Of a DNA stretch of 64,000 nt, positions 14,500 to 26,622 are shown in pieces; positions within the stretch are counted from its first letter, which is position 1, and every line of letters starts with the position of its first letter. This stretch comes from Tubulanus polymorphus. Taxonomy: Eukaryota > Animalia > Nemertea. Made by a program: the position numbers and the translations under genes. The DNA lies in the NCBI RefSeq assembly GCF_964204645.1, contig NC_134029.1:13666850-13730849 (forward strand). The letters run 5' to 3'. The notes beneath the pieces were generated by a model. That model was not told where the DNA came from, ran no database searches, and saw only the letters and a list, made by a program, of their open reading frames with translations.

Positions 14500-15228
14500 T
14501 CCAAGCAAGTTATCAATCTGTGTGATAGCAATATGGGCTTGCAAGCCCATGAAAACGGTTACAGCTTAAAGCATCCCAGAAGAATGGAATATTTTCTGAC
14601 CATCTTGTTCCCCAGTACTGTTGAACAGACGGGAGACGAATAATCCCAATCTTGAGTACCACGCCCAAAAATCATTCAAATTCTTCTTCATCAGTGGGCT
14701 TCCAATGCTTCAGGCGGGAATGTTGTTTCAGTTGAGTAGATCTTATTTTCTCATCTGCATACCTATTGATTTCTAAAACGATACCTCCATTTCTTGAATG
14801 AACAGCAGGTGGAAGAGATCAATCGGCCGACTATCATCATTAACTAAACCCTGAATATTCATTGGTCCTGGTGGATTTGGCAGCGTAAATTGGAGTTTTT
14901 GGGGTCCAGGGTCCCGATGGTGCACATCTACCCAGTGACGAGTGGGCTGAGGGGCTTGTTGATGACCTCCATGGCCTCGAAATCGACTCCAACCCCTAGC
15001 TGTAGCAGTGACAGCTGGAGCAGGTATGGCTCGGTCGGTTTCGCTTCCAGAGTCTGAAGGAAGCGCTGGTGGTGGTTCATCGTCACTTTGACTTGCTTCA
15101 TCGCTTTCAAAATCGGTCTGAAAGGTGTTTTCACTTTCATTATCACTTTCATCTACATTATCATTATGATTGCCGCAATCAAAAACGAGATCTCTGACTT
15201 GCTCAGCTGTAAAACATTTGTTTGCCAT
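14500..15228 (-). mobile_element. piggyBac transposase, N-terminal fragment
   Basis: ATG at 15228, an acidic N-terminus, PPGP...PIDLFHLLF, then frameshifted WKPTDEEEF..FLGVVLKIG...P....YW...PFF...SCNRF. Confidence 0.8.
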
Positions 15229-15265
15229 GATAACTTGACGCTTGTAAATGTATGAAACTTTATAA

Positions 15266-16764
15266 GGCCACAAGTAATTGATACCTTGTTTCTTATCCTG
15301 TGATAATTTCAAACCTAGGTGGGTATGCAAAAAACACAACACAAGTGACAAAAAAAACACAAAAATCCTGAATTGACAATATTGTTACACAAGTACTTAA
15401 TCTGCATTGGTATAGCACTATATACATTCAGAGTTGCCATTTATGTGAAGCTAAAAATCTGGAAAATAAGTCGGGAGGTCTGGGGGCCCTCCCCCAGAAA
15501 ATTTTTTGAAATTAGAACGCCAGGAGATGCGTTCTGGCGCAATACGCGTTATAGGCCTCACTTTCATAACCGGAAGTGTGTATCAATTTTCCCGTCTGTC
15601 AATTACAATCCAATGAAAATCTGTCGCTTCAAACTTTCAGTAAGCATTTTCTCAAAGGTTATACACTCACACACCTTTTCCAAGATATGTCAATAACAAC
15701 AATGTGTATAGATCATTTTTTCAAATAGCGATTGGTTCCGTCAAATACACCTCATACATAAACCAGAGCCAAAAACAAACGAAGCGTCAGTCGATTTCGA
15801 TCGTCGCGTCATCTTGGTTTAATCGTGTACTGCAGGGTTGTTGCCACTACGTGGCAGCACAATACGGCTTTTTCGAACCCTCTACGGAGCCGTTACGTTT
15901 TGATGTTTAGGGTCGAATCCCGAATTGATTTTATTTTTTTCGCGATGTTTTCTTTTGTGGTTATTTGACTTCTCCCGAAAATCCGGAAATGAAATTGGAT
16001 CTTTTTTAAATCCGGAATTCCGGAGAAATCCGGAGAAGTGGCAACTCTGTACATTACCAATATTGCATTGTATTGTACTCTTACTCTAGTGACTCAAATC
16101 TAGTAGGCATCCCCGCAGCTTCTTCGCCGACGGAGTTGCCTTTACAGACGTACACGTTCATGTCGAGGCTAGTAGTTTCGACGTTCGGAAGCGACACGGG
16201 AAGAGCCTTCTTAATGGCTCCGGGAGGCAATAAGTGGGTGGTTATTAATTTATGATACAATTCTTTAAACGTTAATGTGAATTTGTCGATCAAAATCACC
16301 TCTGCTACTGCCCAAGGAACAAAAATAGATCCATATCTGTCGATAATTTTGACAGCCAGCTGGACCACTTCAACCGACCCGCCCATGATTACCTGACAGA
16401 TGTCGCACACATGCAAGCAGTTCTATGATTGGCGCAGAGTACGCGATACGTCACTCTCATTGATTAACCAGCCAATAATATTCCATGAAACATTGTTATT
16501 CACACGTGCTCCACATAAACAAATAATCGCGGAGATGACTGATATTCAGTCATGTCTTTACCAAAACTGATTTACGAGGTAATTAAACATCTAACAACGG
16601 GATGTTTGCGAAACAGACAACAAAAAACAAGAAAAAATAACCAAAAAACCATGTTTTGATGAAATTTTTATTCATAAAATTTGTGTTTTTGCTATGCGGC
16701 AAATCGGGATCGTCAGACCTACCCGTGCGGAAGATAAGAAACAAGGTATCAATTACTTGTGGCC
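15266..16764. mobile_element. Non-autonomous Zator/PIF-like DNA transposon
   Basis: Perfect 32-bp TIRs GGCCACAAGTAATTGATACCTTGTTTCTTATC, flanked by TAA on both sides (15263-65 and 16765-67). Confidence 0.85.
15429..16049. mobile_element. hAT-like MITE nested in the Zator-like element
   Basis: 11-bp TIRs CAGAGTTGCCA / TGGCAACTCTG, subterminal TCCGGA repeats, and a flanking direct repeat TACATT. Confidence 0.7.
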
Positions 16765-17672
16765 TAATGCTGTAGCTGCGTAATGTATATATTCATATAT
16801 GTATGCACTAAGCGCCTAGTTACTAACACAGTCAGTATGTATGTCAGTGCATCTAATCATTCAAAACACGTGCAGTGACATTGAAATTCCTGGAAGCTCA
16901 GCAAAATAGTAACGTCCTACATGTGGGTGATTGGCTTACATGCTTCGAATAGCCTTATCGACTAACCAATCAGTGGTTAAGTGACCCGATTGACATCGGC
17001 GAATATTGTCACCAACATAGTTCTAAGATAACCAATTTCACATCAATTCTCGGTGAACCGCATCGCTGACGACATCGAAAGATTTAATGATTTATCCAGG
17101 TGATAGTGTATATATAAAAATATGGCCACCAACCCCTAGGGCATCCCCTGGGGGTAAAAACCAAAAAATGGCCCTATGTGGAACGATTAGTTGTCATTGG
17201 AGTCCCGTTGAGTTAGACTGGTTACCGGTATCTACCGTCAGGTACGGGAATCGGACACCACTCAGGGACGCCACTCGGCAGGCTGCTCGTCACTTCGATT
17301 AACAATTCAAGTATAAAACAACAAATTTATTACCACAAGACTTCACAGTCAGCGGCGGTCTTCAAACAGTAATTCTAACAATTACTCCTTATCACGGGGG
17401 ATATATATCGTTTCTAGGTCGCTTGAAGTATTCATCGAGTTGTACGCGACCTTCAGGCCTACTGAGCTTTACTGTCTCAAACAAACACATCATAATTGTA
17501 CTGCTTATTTACAGACTCATGGATTGAAAAATCCAGCAACATTGCTGCGATGTACAAAAGATTTCTGTCTTATAATCCGAAAATGAAATTGATTTTATGA
17601 ATTGAATACTCCCTGTCGAATGAGGTGCAATAGGAATGCGATGTTTAGGAGGGTTGAAATTCAATAGGCAAA

Positions 17673-18865
17673 AGCCCATACTGTCTGGATGCTAGGCCTA
17701 CGTATATACATAGGCATACTAGGTTAAGCTAAGTTCCTGGTAAAGGAGGAATCAGATTTATTAGAATGGTATTAGTGATTCACTGGTTCTGACTTGCAAT
17801 GATCAATCACAATTATCAACGATATTTTATTGGCAAAAATGAAGATCTTTTAAAAATTTCGCCTGAGCAGACGACTTTTTAAACCAGACATTTCATTTGA
17901 GTTTTTCACCATTTATGAAACTGGTATTTTATCAATTCCTGATGACTTAGTTACTACGGAGCCACGAATGAAAGGATCTTTGAGGCGTTTTCACGGGCAT
18001 CTGATTTTTGCGATCGATCATAGAAACGAACACCAATTTTTCCGATTGATTTCACGATTGGCGTTTTTACTAACACGATTTTCCGATCGATTATTGAAAT
18101 CGACCAATTCGATTGGCGAGCAATTTGGTGATACCATTTCCAAGATGGCCGAACCGGGTAGTTGAATAAGATACAATCTTTTTCTCATCGTCGCCATGTT
18201 TAGGTCATGTGATTAGCCTAAACCATCGTCATTTTCACGTATGTGCGATTTGAACACAATTGTTTTTGTTATTCAATAGGCCTCAGCCCATTCTGTACGG
18301 ATGCTAGGCCTACGCATATACATAGGCCTACTAGGTTAAGCTAAGTTTCCTGTTAAGGAGGGATCAGATTTATTAGAATGGTATTAGTGATTCACTTGTT
18401 CTGACTTGCAGTGATCAATCACAATTATCAACGATATTTTATTGGCAAAAATGAAGATTTTTTTAAAATAAATTTTGTCTGAGCAGACAGCTTTCACTTT
18501 TCATTTGAGTTTTTCATCATTTATGACTCTGGTATTTTGTTAATTCCTGATGACTTAGTTACTAGGGTGCCCCGAATGAAAGGATCTTTGAGGCATTTTT
18601 ACGAGCATCTGATGGTTGCGATCGATCGTAGAAATGCATTTTAAGAGCACTGATTTTTGCGATTGATTTCACCAACAGCGTTTTACGAACATGATTTTCT
18701 GATCGATTTTTGAAATCGACCAACTCGCTCGGCGAGCGATTAGGTGACTTGATTTCCAAGATGGCCGCACCAGGTAGTTGATAAAGATACAATCTTTTTC
18801 TCATCGTCGCCATGTTTAGGTCACGTGATTAGCCTAAACCATCGTCATTTTTACGAACGTTTGAT
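17673..18865 (+). repeat. Local tandem duplication with a period of about 612 bp
   Basis: agcccat..ggatgctaggcctacg...gatcaatcacaattatcaacg occurs at 17673 and 18285. Each copy carries the left part of the AGGCG MITE. Confidence 0.85.
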
Positions 18866-18934
18866 TCAATCGCACAATCGGAGCAAATCGTTCACAAAAT
18901 CAATCGCATTAATCGGATGCTTGTAAAAACGCCT
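18591..18934. mobile_element. PIF/Harbinger-type MITE (AGGCG family)
   Basis: TIR aggc(g/a)tttttacgagcat / atgcttgtaaaaacgcct with 3-bp TSD TTG. A truncated duplicate starts at 17983. Confidence 0.8.
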
Positions 18935-19288
18935 TTGTACGTTCAAACACCTTCGTTCAAATTTTTTTTTTTTATTGCAACAAAAATTTATTTCGTTCGA
19001 ACCAAGAGTACTTTGTTTGATCAAACCAATTTGAAAAAAATTATTCGAACACAACTGTTTTCGTTCGAAATCATTTATTTAGTCTGAAAGTATATTGTTC
19101 GATCGAAAAGAATCATTGTCATTCGAACAAAATTCTCTTGTTGGAACATTAAGTTTTTCGTTCAAACTCGTACATTATTAACAGTTTTTCGTTTCAAGAG
19201 AAGTTACATTGTTCGATTGAACAGAGTTGTTTTCTTTTTAACTTTCCTTTGACAAAATTGTTTTGGCACAACAATTTTTTTTGTTAAA

Positions 19289-19453
19289 GGGACCATTCAT
19301 TTATAACGTATAACGTACGCATAAAATTCTGATTTTTTACAGATGACATATCAGCGTACGTACAACAAATAATTTGACCACGTCACCGTACAGACTTTAA
19401 CGCAGCAGACATAACCCCCACCCCAAGCGCGTACGTAATAAATGAATGGTCCC
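19289..19453. mobile_element. Harbinger-like MITE (GGGACCATTC family) inside a TTCGAAC-rich repeat
   Basis: Perfect 16-bp TIR gggaccattcatttat. Related copies lie at about 26510 and 58276-58579. Confidence 0.65.
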
Positions 19454-20925
19454 GAACAAAAAGTTTTTTATTCAAACAAAAAGTATACTGTTCCATCGAA
19501 CAGAATGTTTTTATTCAAGCAAAATTTTCTTGTCAGAAAATTACGTTTTTTGTTCGAACAAGTACATTGTTCGATCAGTGTTTCAGACCCCTCCATAATA
19601 AGTTCCTATACTCACCACTAGGGGGTGTAAATTTTAAATAAGAGCCCCAAGCGGCACTATGGCCAGCCTGTCAGCTTTTTGTCAAAATTTGTCAAAATAC
19701 ACTCCCAGCTCAATAGTCAATACCTAATAATTTACACAATATAATCGTAGAATACAAAAGTAGCACAGGCAGCGACTGGATCTGGCAGGAAAAAATACCT
19801 CAGATAAATCTTTTCTCTTGGTCTTATTGATTTTAATGCGGAATAGAATTGAATTTTCTGAAATTTGCTCAATGAAACAAAATTGAATTGGATTTGATGT
19901 TTTTATTCGTTCAATAAAGTAAAATTGAATTGGTTTTGATTGAATTTGTAGTTTGAGCACATGGCTAATGAGCATATCAAGGTCATCTATCCGATAGAAG
20001 AAAAAGCCATTTTTCCCGTACTTAGCACAATGGTCAATGATATTTTCTGTAGTGCTATTAAAAGTATTCCTCCCAAAAACCAAATCAACTAAAGCTTTCA
20101 CAGAAATTGATCTTGAAATACAATTTTAGATCTTAAAATAAAACCAGGAAGTAAAACAGTAGACGATACCACGGGTTCACGTGAACACCTGCTGATTTCT
20201 GTGGCTAAGCCAATCATAGAGGAGTCTTTGCTTTCTGATTGGCTTTTCAAAACCAATATTTTTGCTCAGTTGCACAGTAAAAGAGCCTTTGCTCTGGAAA
20301 CCATGTCATTTAAATTCGCTCCATTTGTATAGTAATAGGCTAAGCCTAAGGCTGGCCTAAAAATTACAATTTTTGGAACTAAAATTTGTATTTCCGAGTA
20401 GTACTGACCCTTTCCTATGGTTTTTGCCAATATTTTCTAAATTTCGATTGATCGCCAATGGTTTTTCTATACGACCCGGCCCTGCGGTATTGCATTTAGC
20501 CACCGGCTTTTTACGTCATAGCAGACCAATAAAAAAACAGCTATGCGGGGCAGGCGGGCAGGATTCCCACCATAGGAAAGGGTAAGTACTACTCGGAAAT
20601 ACAAATTCTAGTTCCAAAAATTGTAATATTTCCGTCGAGTACTGTACCCTATGGTTTTTGCTAGACTAGCCTAGCACAAGGATGGTGGGAAAGGTAGATA
20701 GAAAAACCACCGCTCAAACGCAAGGTAAGAGGGAGTAAGAGAGCACTTACCCAAGCACGGAATGGAGCACTGTAGCACAGGGAAGACCGGTTGGTAACAG
20801 TGAGTCCTTCCAGCTCGGGCCCCCCCCCCCCCCCGGAATTTTGCGAAATTACTACATGCAGATATGAGCCCAAACTATGTACAAGGATACACCCCCTGTG
20901 ATCCTGATAATGCAACATAAATACT

Positions 20926-21955
20926 CTACACTAAAGGGTCCGATCCGAAAGAACGGACACCTTGAGCCATAACAACAGGACCAAGTGAAGCTAATGAGCC
21001 TAACTGGCCTGTAACATCCCGTAAATAAAATGACGTGAATGTCGATGGAGAATTCCAAAAGGCGGCCCGACAGACTTCCTCCAACGGAGCACCAGAAAAG
21101 GCTGCGCAGGAAGTAGCCATAGACCTAACTTGATGAGAAACCACTCCCTCCGAGGAAAGATTCTCCTTCAATAAAATGTCCTTGATCAGTGAAGAGACCC
21201 ATCGGGTCACTGTGTCCCGTGAAATATCACCCTTTAGGTGATCCAGCAGCGGAATAAATAACCGCTCCCGTGAACCCCTCCGTGAAGCAGAGCGATCTTA
21301 ATAGAAACACAACGCCCGCACAGGACACTCGATGTTTTAGGGCTTCAATTCGCCATTGACGCCCAACCGAGCCTGGTCGTTGGTTCTTTGCCAAAAATTC
21401 CAAAGCAGGCCGCAGCGAAACAAATTCCTTCGCTGGCCCAAAGACAATATGACCTTGTCGGACTGAAAGCGCATGAATCTCAGAGCGACGGACCGAGCAA
21501 GCCAAGAACAGCAAAAATACAGTCTTTTTTTACAAATTCGCAAATGACGCTGCCTAAAGAGGTTCAAATGGAGCCTCCATTAACTTCTTCAAAATTACAG
21601 ACAGATCCCATGGTGGAACTATCCTAGGTATCCGAGGCCGGGAAATGAAAAACCCTGCAACAAGCTGATATATCCGATGATCCCCTGCTACATTTTGCCA
21701 TCCAGAAGCACGCAATGTATGAGAAATCGCGGAGCGGTAACCTTTAATAGTTATGACCTGCAACCCTTTTATTACAAATAGGTGCAGTAAAAAATCTGCC
21801 AATTGAGCTACAGAGGGTGAGCATGGATCAATTTCCCCTGCAGCACACCAATCCGCAAAATGACTCCATTTGGCATCGTAAATGGTACTTGTTGATGGCC
21901 GCTTAGATCCTGCGATAAAGGAGGCAGCCTGTTCTGAAAAGCCTGAAGCTGACAA
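20926..21955 (-). pseudogene. DIRS tyrosine recombinase (frameshifted)
   Basis: SAM-like N-terminus (STSTIYDAKW..F..WC) and catalytic residues in RRSEI, HQVRSMATS, W and TF..FY. Confidence 0.9.
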
Positions 21956-21989
21956 GGATCACTGGACAATGGCCAGGCGAGCAGATTTA

Positions 21990-23854
21990 ACCACTGGCTG
22001 TTTGGATGATGCCGAAAGTTCCCCTGAGACGAAAGTTCCCCTGAGACAGAAGCGATGGGAAATTCGGAAGAATCCTGGGGTTGTCGCACAGTAGGTTGAG
22101 AAGTGGTAGGAACCATTTCTGAGCCGGCCAACATGGTGCTACCAGAACTATATTGCAATTGACTATCTCTCTATTTGATCCAGTAAGCGCGGCAGGACTG
22201 GTGTGGGCGGGAACGCATACGCATGCATCCCCGACCAGTCCAGAGGGAAGGCATCGACCCCCCATGCTTCCGCGTCTGGAAACGGGGACACAAACAGAGG
22301 ACACCTCCGATTGAACCGGGTGGCAAACAGATCCAGCAGCGGATTGCCAAACATGCCCCAAACCCGATCGGCTACTTCTTGGTGGAGAACCCATTCTGTC
22401 GCAATAGCCTGACCTCGACGAGACAGAGCATCGGCCATCACGTTCCTTTTCCCTGCTAAATGTGCCACAATCAGGGACACGCCCTTTGTCTGGCACCAAA
22501 GAAGAATTTTGGCCGACAGACCTGTGAGGGTTTCTGAGTGAGTGCCCCCTTGGTTCTGAAGGTAAGCCCTCACTGTTGAATTGTCTGTGGCAAACCAAAC
22601 GTGGTGGCCCTCCACTCTCCTGTGAAAGAACTTCAGGGCCTTCACACGGCCAGCATTTCTAGGAAATTTATGTGGTTGATGGCCTCATAGCGAGACCATC
22701 TCCAGGCTTTGACTCGGTTCTCCAGATGTGCCCCCATCCTTGGTGACTGGCATCCGTGAATACACAAACTGGAACCTCTAACGGGGCTAGTGACACCCCG
22801 CGCCGAAGATTCGTAGTTGCCGCCCACCACTGAAGATCCAGACTTAGATCGGTTGGAGGTACCGGAATCAAGGTCTCCCAGTTGCCCTTCGACCGAGACC
22901 AGAAGACCTTCCAATATTGTTGCAAGCGCCTGCTTCTGAGGCGGCCTAAGGGCACCACCAGACCCATGGAGCTGATGGAGCCTAGAAGCCGTGACCAGTA
23001 ACGAGCTGTTCTCGGGGTTGTGGACACTCCCGCTACAGCTTCTTGAAGTTTGGCTACTCGAGCCATAGACGGAAAGACTTTGCCGATTCGGATATCGAAG
23101 TCCATGTCGAAATAAGTGAACTGTTGGGCCGGCGTCAACTGAGATTTTTCCCTGTTTACGCGGAACCCTAGCTGATGGACTAAGTCCAAGACTGAGGTCA
23201 TTGCCTCCCGACATTCCTGAGCCGAATTCGCGACTATTAACCAGTCGTCGAGGTAAACGAACAGTCCAACACCCTTTGACTGAAGTACCTTCTGAACTGA
23301 CTTGACCAACTTGGTGAAAACCCACGGGGCCGCACTGAGGCCAAATGGAAGAGACCTGAATTGGAACTGGCGGCCTTTCCACTTTATCCTGAGAAATCGC
23401 CGGATTTTGGGTGAATTGGAACCTGAAAGTAAGCATCTTTCAGGTTCAATGAAGCCGCCCATTGACCCGGACGGAGCCCTTGAATCACGTCCTTGGGTTT
23501 GGTCATACGGAACCTTGGAATGTCTAGGTGCCGATTGAGGGATGACAGATCTATCACCGTCCGTTGACCCCCTGTGGCCTTTGGTACCATGAATATTTGA
23601 GAAAACCAGCCGGGAGAAGTTTCGTTGCAAACTGGTTCTATTGCTCCCTTCTCGGCCAATTCCTTGAGAGCCGGAGAGATTAAGGCCTCCTGACCTGGGT
23701 TTGGCCGCATGTCGGAAGGTGACCTCGTCAGGCGCGGTCGCCTTAGGAAACGGAGACGGTAGCCACGAGAGACGACCCGGGAGGGCCAACCGTCTCCGAA
23801 AAGGTCGGACCAGTGGGTTGCTGCCTGCTGCAGACAACCTCCCACTGGTCCCAA
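21990..23854 (-). pseudogene. DIRS pol: RT, RNase H and Dam-like methyltransferase (frameshifted)
   Basis: RT: FMVPK, LKDAYFQVPI, LPFGLSAAP, YLDDWLI. RNase H: FTDAS.GWG, HINFLE, TDNSTV, NVMADALSR. MTase: DLFAT..N, DAF..DW, YAFPP, LVAPCWPAQKWF. Confidence 0.9.
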
Positions 23855-23858
23855 GAAT

Positions 23859-25641
23859 TCATTTCGAGTTTTTCCGAAAGGAAGAGCCCCCTGTTTGGGG
23901 CCTTCCCCTTGCCGCGATACGAACCGGAACTGTTACGACTGGACGAGGCTTGACATGCGAAACAGACCGAGCCAAGGATTGGATAATCCGGTCCATTCCC
24001 TCCGGTTTTGGGGCAACTGACTCTGGGTCGGAGCCCGCATGAACGGCGGCGTGAGTCTCGCGAAACTCACCCGTCAACACCTTAAGTGCCATATCCTGAA
24101 ACGAACCAACCCTGATAAGATTGTCCAGGATTGACGTCAATGCCACCAAACAGGACTTAGGCAAACGAATACCCGACTGTGATGTAACGGTATCCGGGCT
24201 GATCAAAGTATAATCAGCATCCAGGCAGTTATGACTGTGATCCACAGCACCTGGAGTTGCGTAATACGCCGAGCGAAATGCGCCTATAGGTGGATCGGTT
24301 GAACTTAAATATTTCCCAGATTTCATACCCCCGTTCTGGAGGGGGAAATGAAAATGTTCCAGGCCGACATTCCCGTAAAACGTTAAGATCAGAGTCCGGA
24401 GGGCGATAAGCTTCCATTGACTCACCGACCAGAGGAGCTGCTGTGGGCTTAGCGCGAGTTGCCCCGGCCTTGACAAAGAACTCACTTATCATCGCTCTAC
24501 ATGGCATGTCCCCCGCTGGTTCGGATAAAACTGAATGGGACGGAGATACATTGCGAGCCAGGGAAGCCCCCATCGTCTGGGACAACACACAATTGCTCGC
24601 GACAAGAACGACCCCAGAAGGAATTGCCGCTTCTGGGACCGGATCCTCATTGAAATCAGACCCTACCGCAGCATCCAGGAATTCCGAGTCAGAATTCCGA
24701 AGAACTGAGTGGGCTGGCGAACTTCTAACCGGACAATCAGGAATAGGCTTACCTGTTGTAGAGGTTGCAGCGACTTGTTGCGACGATGATAACAAGTTTA
24801 AAATTTTCTCTTCAAATACATGGAAATCCTCAGGAATTTTCCAGTATCCCGACGATCATGCCGACTTCGGTGACGGTCCCTCGAACGGGATCGAGACCTA
24901 CTAGAAGAATCGTCTTCATCGCTAACCGACGTCGACGAACGATGAGAAGACCGACGGCGAAACTTCCTACATAACGATCGTAGTCTTTCTCGCGATCAAA
25001 CCTTGATCTGCGAGATCTTGCTCGTTTATTACGCTCACGGCGTCTAGATCTAGTGGGAGAGCGAGCTCTATCCCCGGAGCGACGATCAGAATCAGACGAT
25101 GAAAGAACCGGATGTTTTGAACCGGATGTTTTGAACCGGATGACGTCTGGACCGGACCGATGCCCGACCCGGACCGGTACCGACCGAACCGGTGCAGGCT
25201 GTTCCCGACTACCGCGGCGCGCGCTCGGTTCAGAACATGTAGTCTGAACTGGCCGACCCGGCTGAACCGGTGAATGACCGGAGACCGGTGCCGGTGAACC
25301 AGCGTTCCTCCCCGGTGAACAGAGTTGGGAAGCCGATCGTACCAGAACGACTGGCGACCGCTCCGCTATACGATTGGAAATAGAAATAGAGACGTCGGTT
25401 GTCACGTCGGCCGAAACCAACGAATCCCTGCTATTAACTCGACGACGATCTCTTAGTTTAAGAGCCTTACCGGCCCAAAGCCAAAGGTCCACACCTCGCA
25501 AATCTTGCAAGGATTGCTCCTTGCACATATTTGACCGGATTTGCGCCTGCACGACGCACACGAATCGTGATTGTCCCAGGCGCCAAACAAATGCCCGCAT
25601 CCCTCCCCGCCACGATGTTGACCCTTAGGAGGGGGCAGCAT
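23859..25641 (-). pseudogene. DIRS gag-like ORF1 (frameshifted)
   Basis: N-terminal Cys/His finger (CGHLF..WDNHDSCASC.....C....PCKICEVW) followed by an RS-rich region. Split across several frames. Confidence 0.75.
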
Positions 25642-26622
25642 AATTATTCTGTCACAATAATAAATTCAATTCAATTCAATCAAATTATATTTGTAAATAA
25701 AATTCTTATGGAAAAATAGAAACCAGGGATAACCCCCAAACCGAACGGACTCACCGTTATGAGAGTGAAAACTCCCTAATATCCTAATTCCCAGATTTTT
25801 ACGGCGAAAAAATCCAACGCGTTCTACTGCTAGAACGCCAAGAAAAAAGATGACGGATTTTGCCGGTGGCTAAATGCAATACCGCAGGGCCGGGTCGTAT
25901 AGAAAGACCATTGGCGATCAATCCAAATTTAGAAAATACTCGACGGAAATACTAATTTTAGCATCGGTTTTTCGCATGTAATGCAGTCTGTTCACTAGGA
26001 AAATCATACTTAAGTACACATCCGTGTAATATGCCTCCCTGATTAGTTCATACAACTGCCATGAGGGACAGTGCAAACAACAATTTTTGCTCCTAGTTCC
26101 TTAACCGTTGGTGATAGAATCGTGGTTGCATTTGTGATCAGTAGCCCATTACAATACACTTGTATTGATGTATGGTTTAAGTAGGTAACTCATATGGTTC
26201 TCCAGTTGCCATTTTCTTACGAACTAAATTTTCTTGTCAGAACATTAAGTTTTTCATTCAAACAAGTATATGGTAAAAAGTTTTTCATTTCAACAAAAGT
26301 TATATTGTTCAATCGCACAGAAGTGTTTTCATTTTAACTTTCGTTTGACGAAATTGTTTTCACACAACAAATTGTTTTCGTTCAAACAAGTATATTGTAA
26401 AAAGTTTTACGTTTCAGCAAATGTTACATTGTTCGATCGAACAGAATTGTTTTCATTTTAACTCTAATTTAAACAAAATTGTTTTCACACAACACATCTT
26501 TTTGTCAGAAGGACCATTCATTTATTACGTATATATAAAATTCTGATGTTTTACAGAGGACATATCATTGTACGTACAACAGATAATTTACCCCCTCAAC
26601 ATAAGCATTCTCACGGCCGTAC

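Larger units (their letters stand above)
20363..25951 (-). mobile_element. Full-length DIRS1-type tyrosine-recombinase retrotransposon
   Basis: ITRs at 20431-20507 and 25862-25938; the internal complementary region 20569-20641 is complementary to both termini. It encodes gag, RT (YLDD), RNase H, a methylase-like domain and YR. No TSD. Confidence 0.95.

Noticed and set aside
14773-15360. 195-aa ORF as a host gene
   Set aside because: Its first 44 codons run mostly through the MITE end; the rest is the piggyBac N-terminus starting at 15228.
8636-16980. piggyBac termini TTAACCAC (8636) and GTGGTTAA (16973-80)
   Set aside because: Only 4 bp of inverted match beyond TTAA, which is too little to call TIRs.
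17935-18590. Hammerhead motifs CTGATGA...GAAA at 17939 and 18547
   Set aside because: No closing stem II pair forms between the core boxes.
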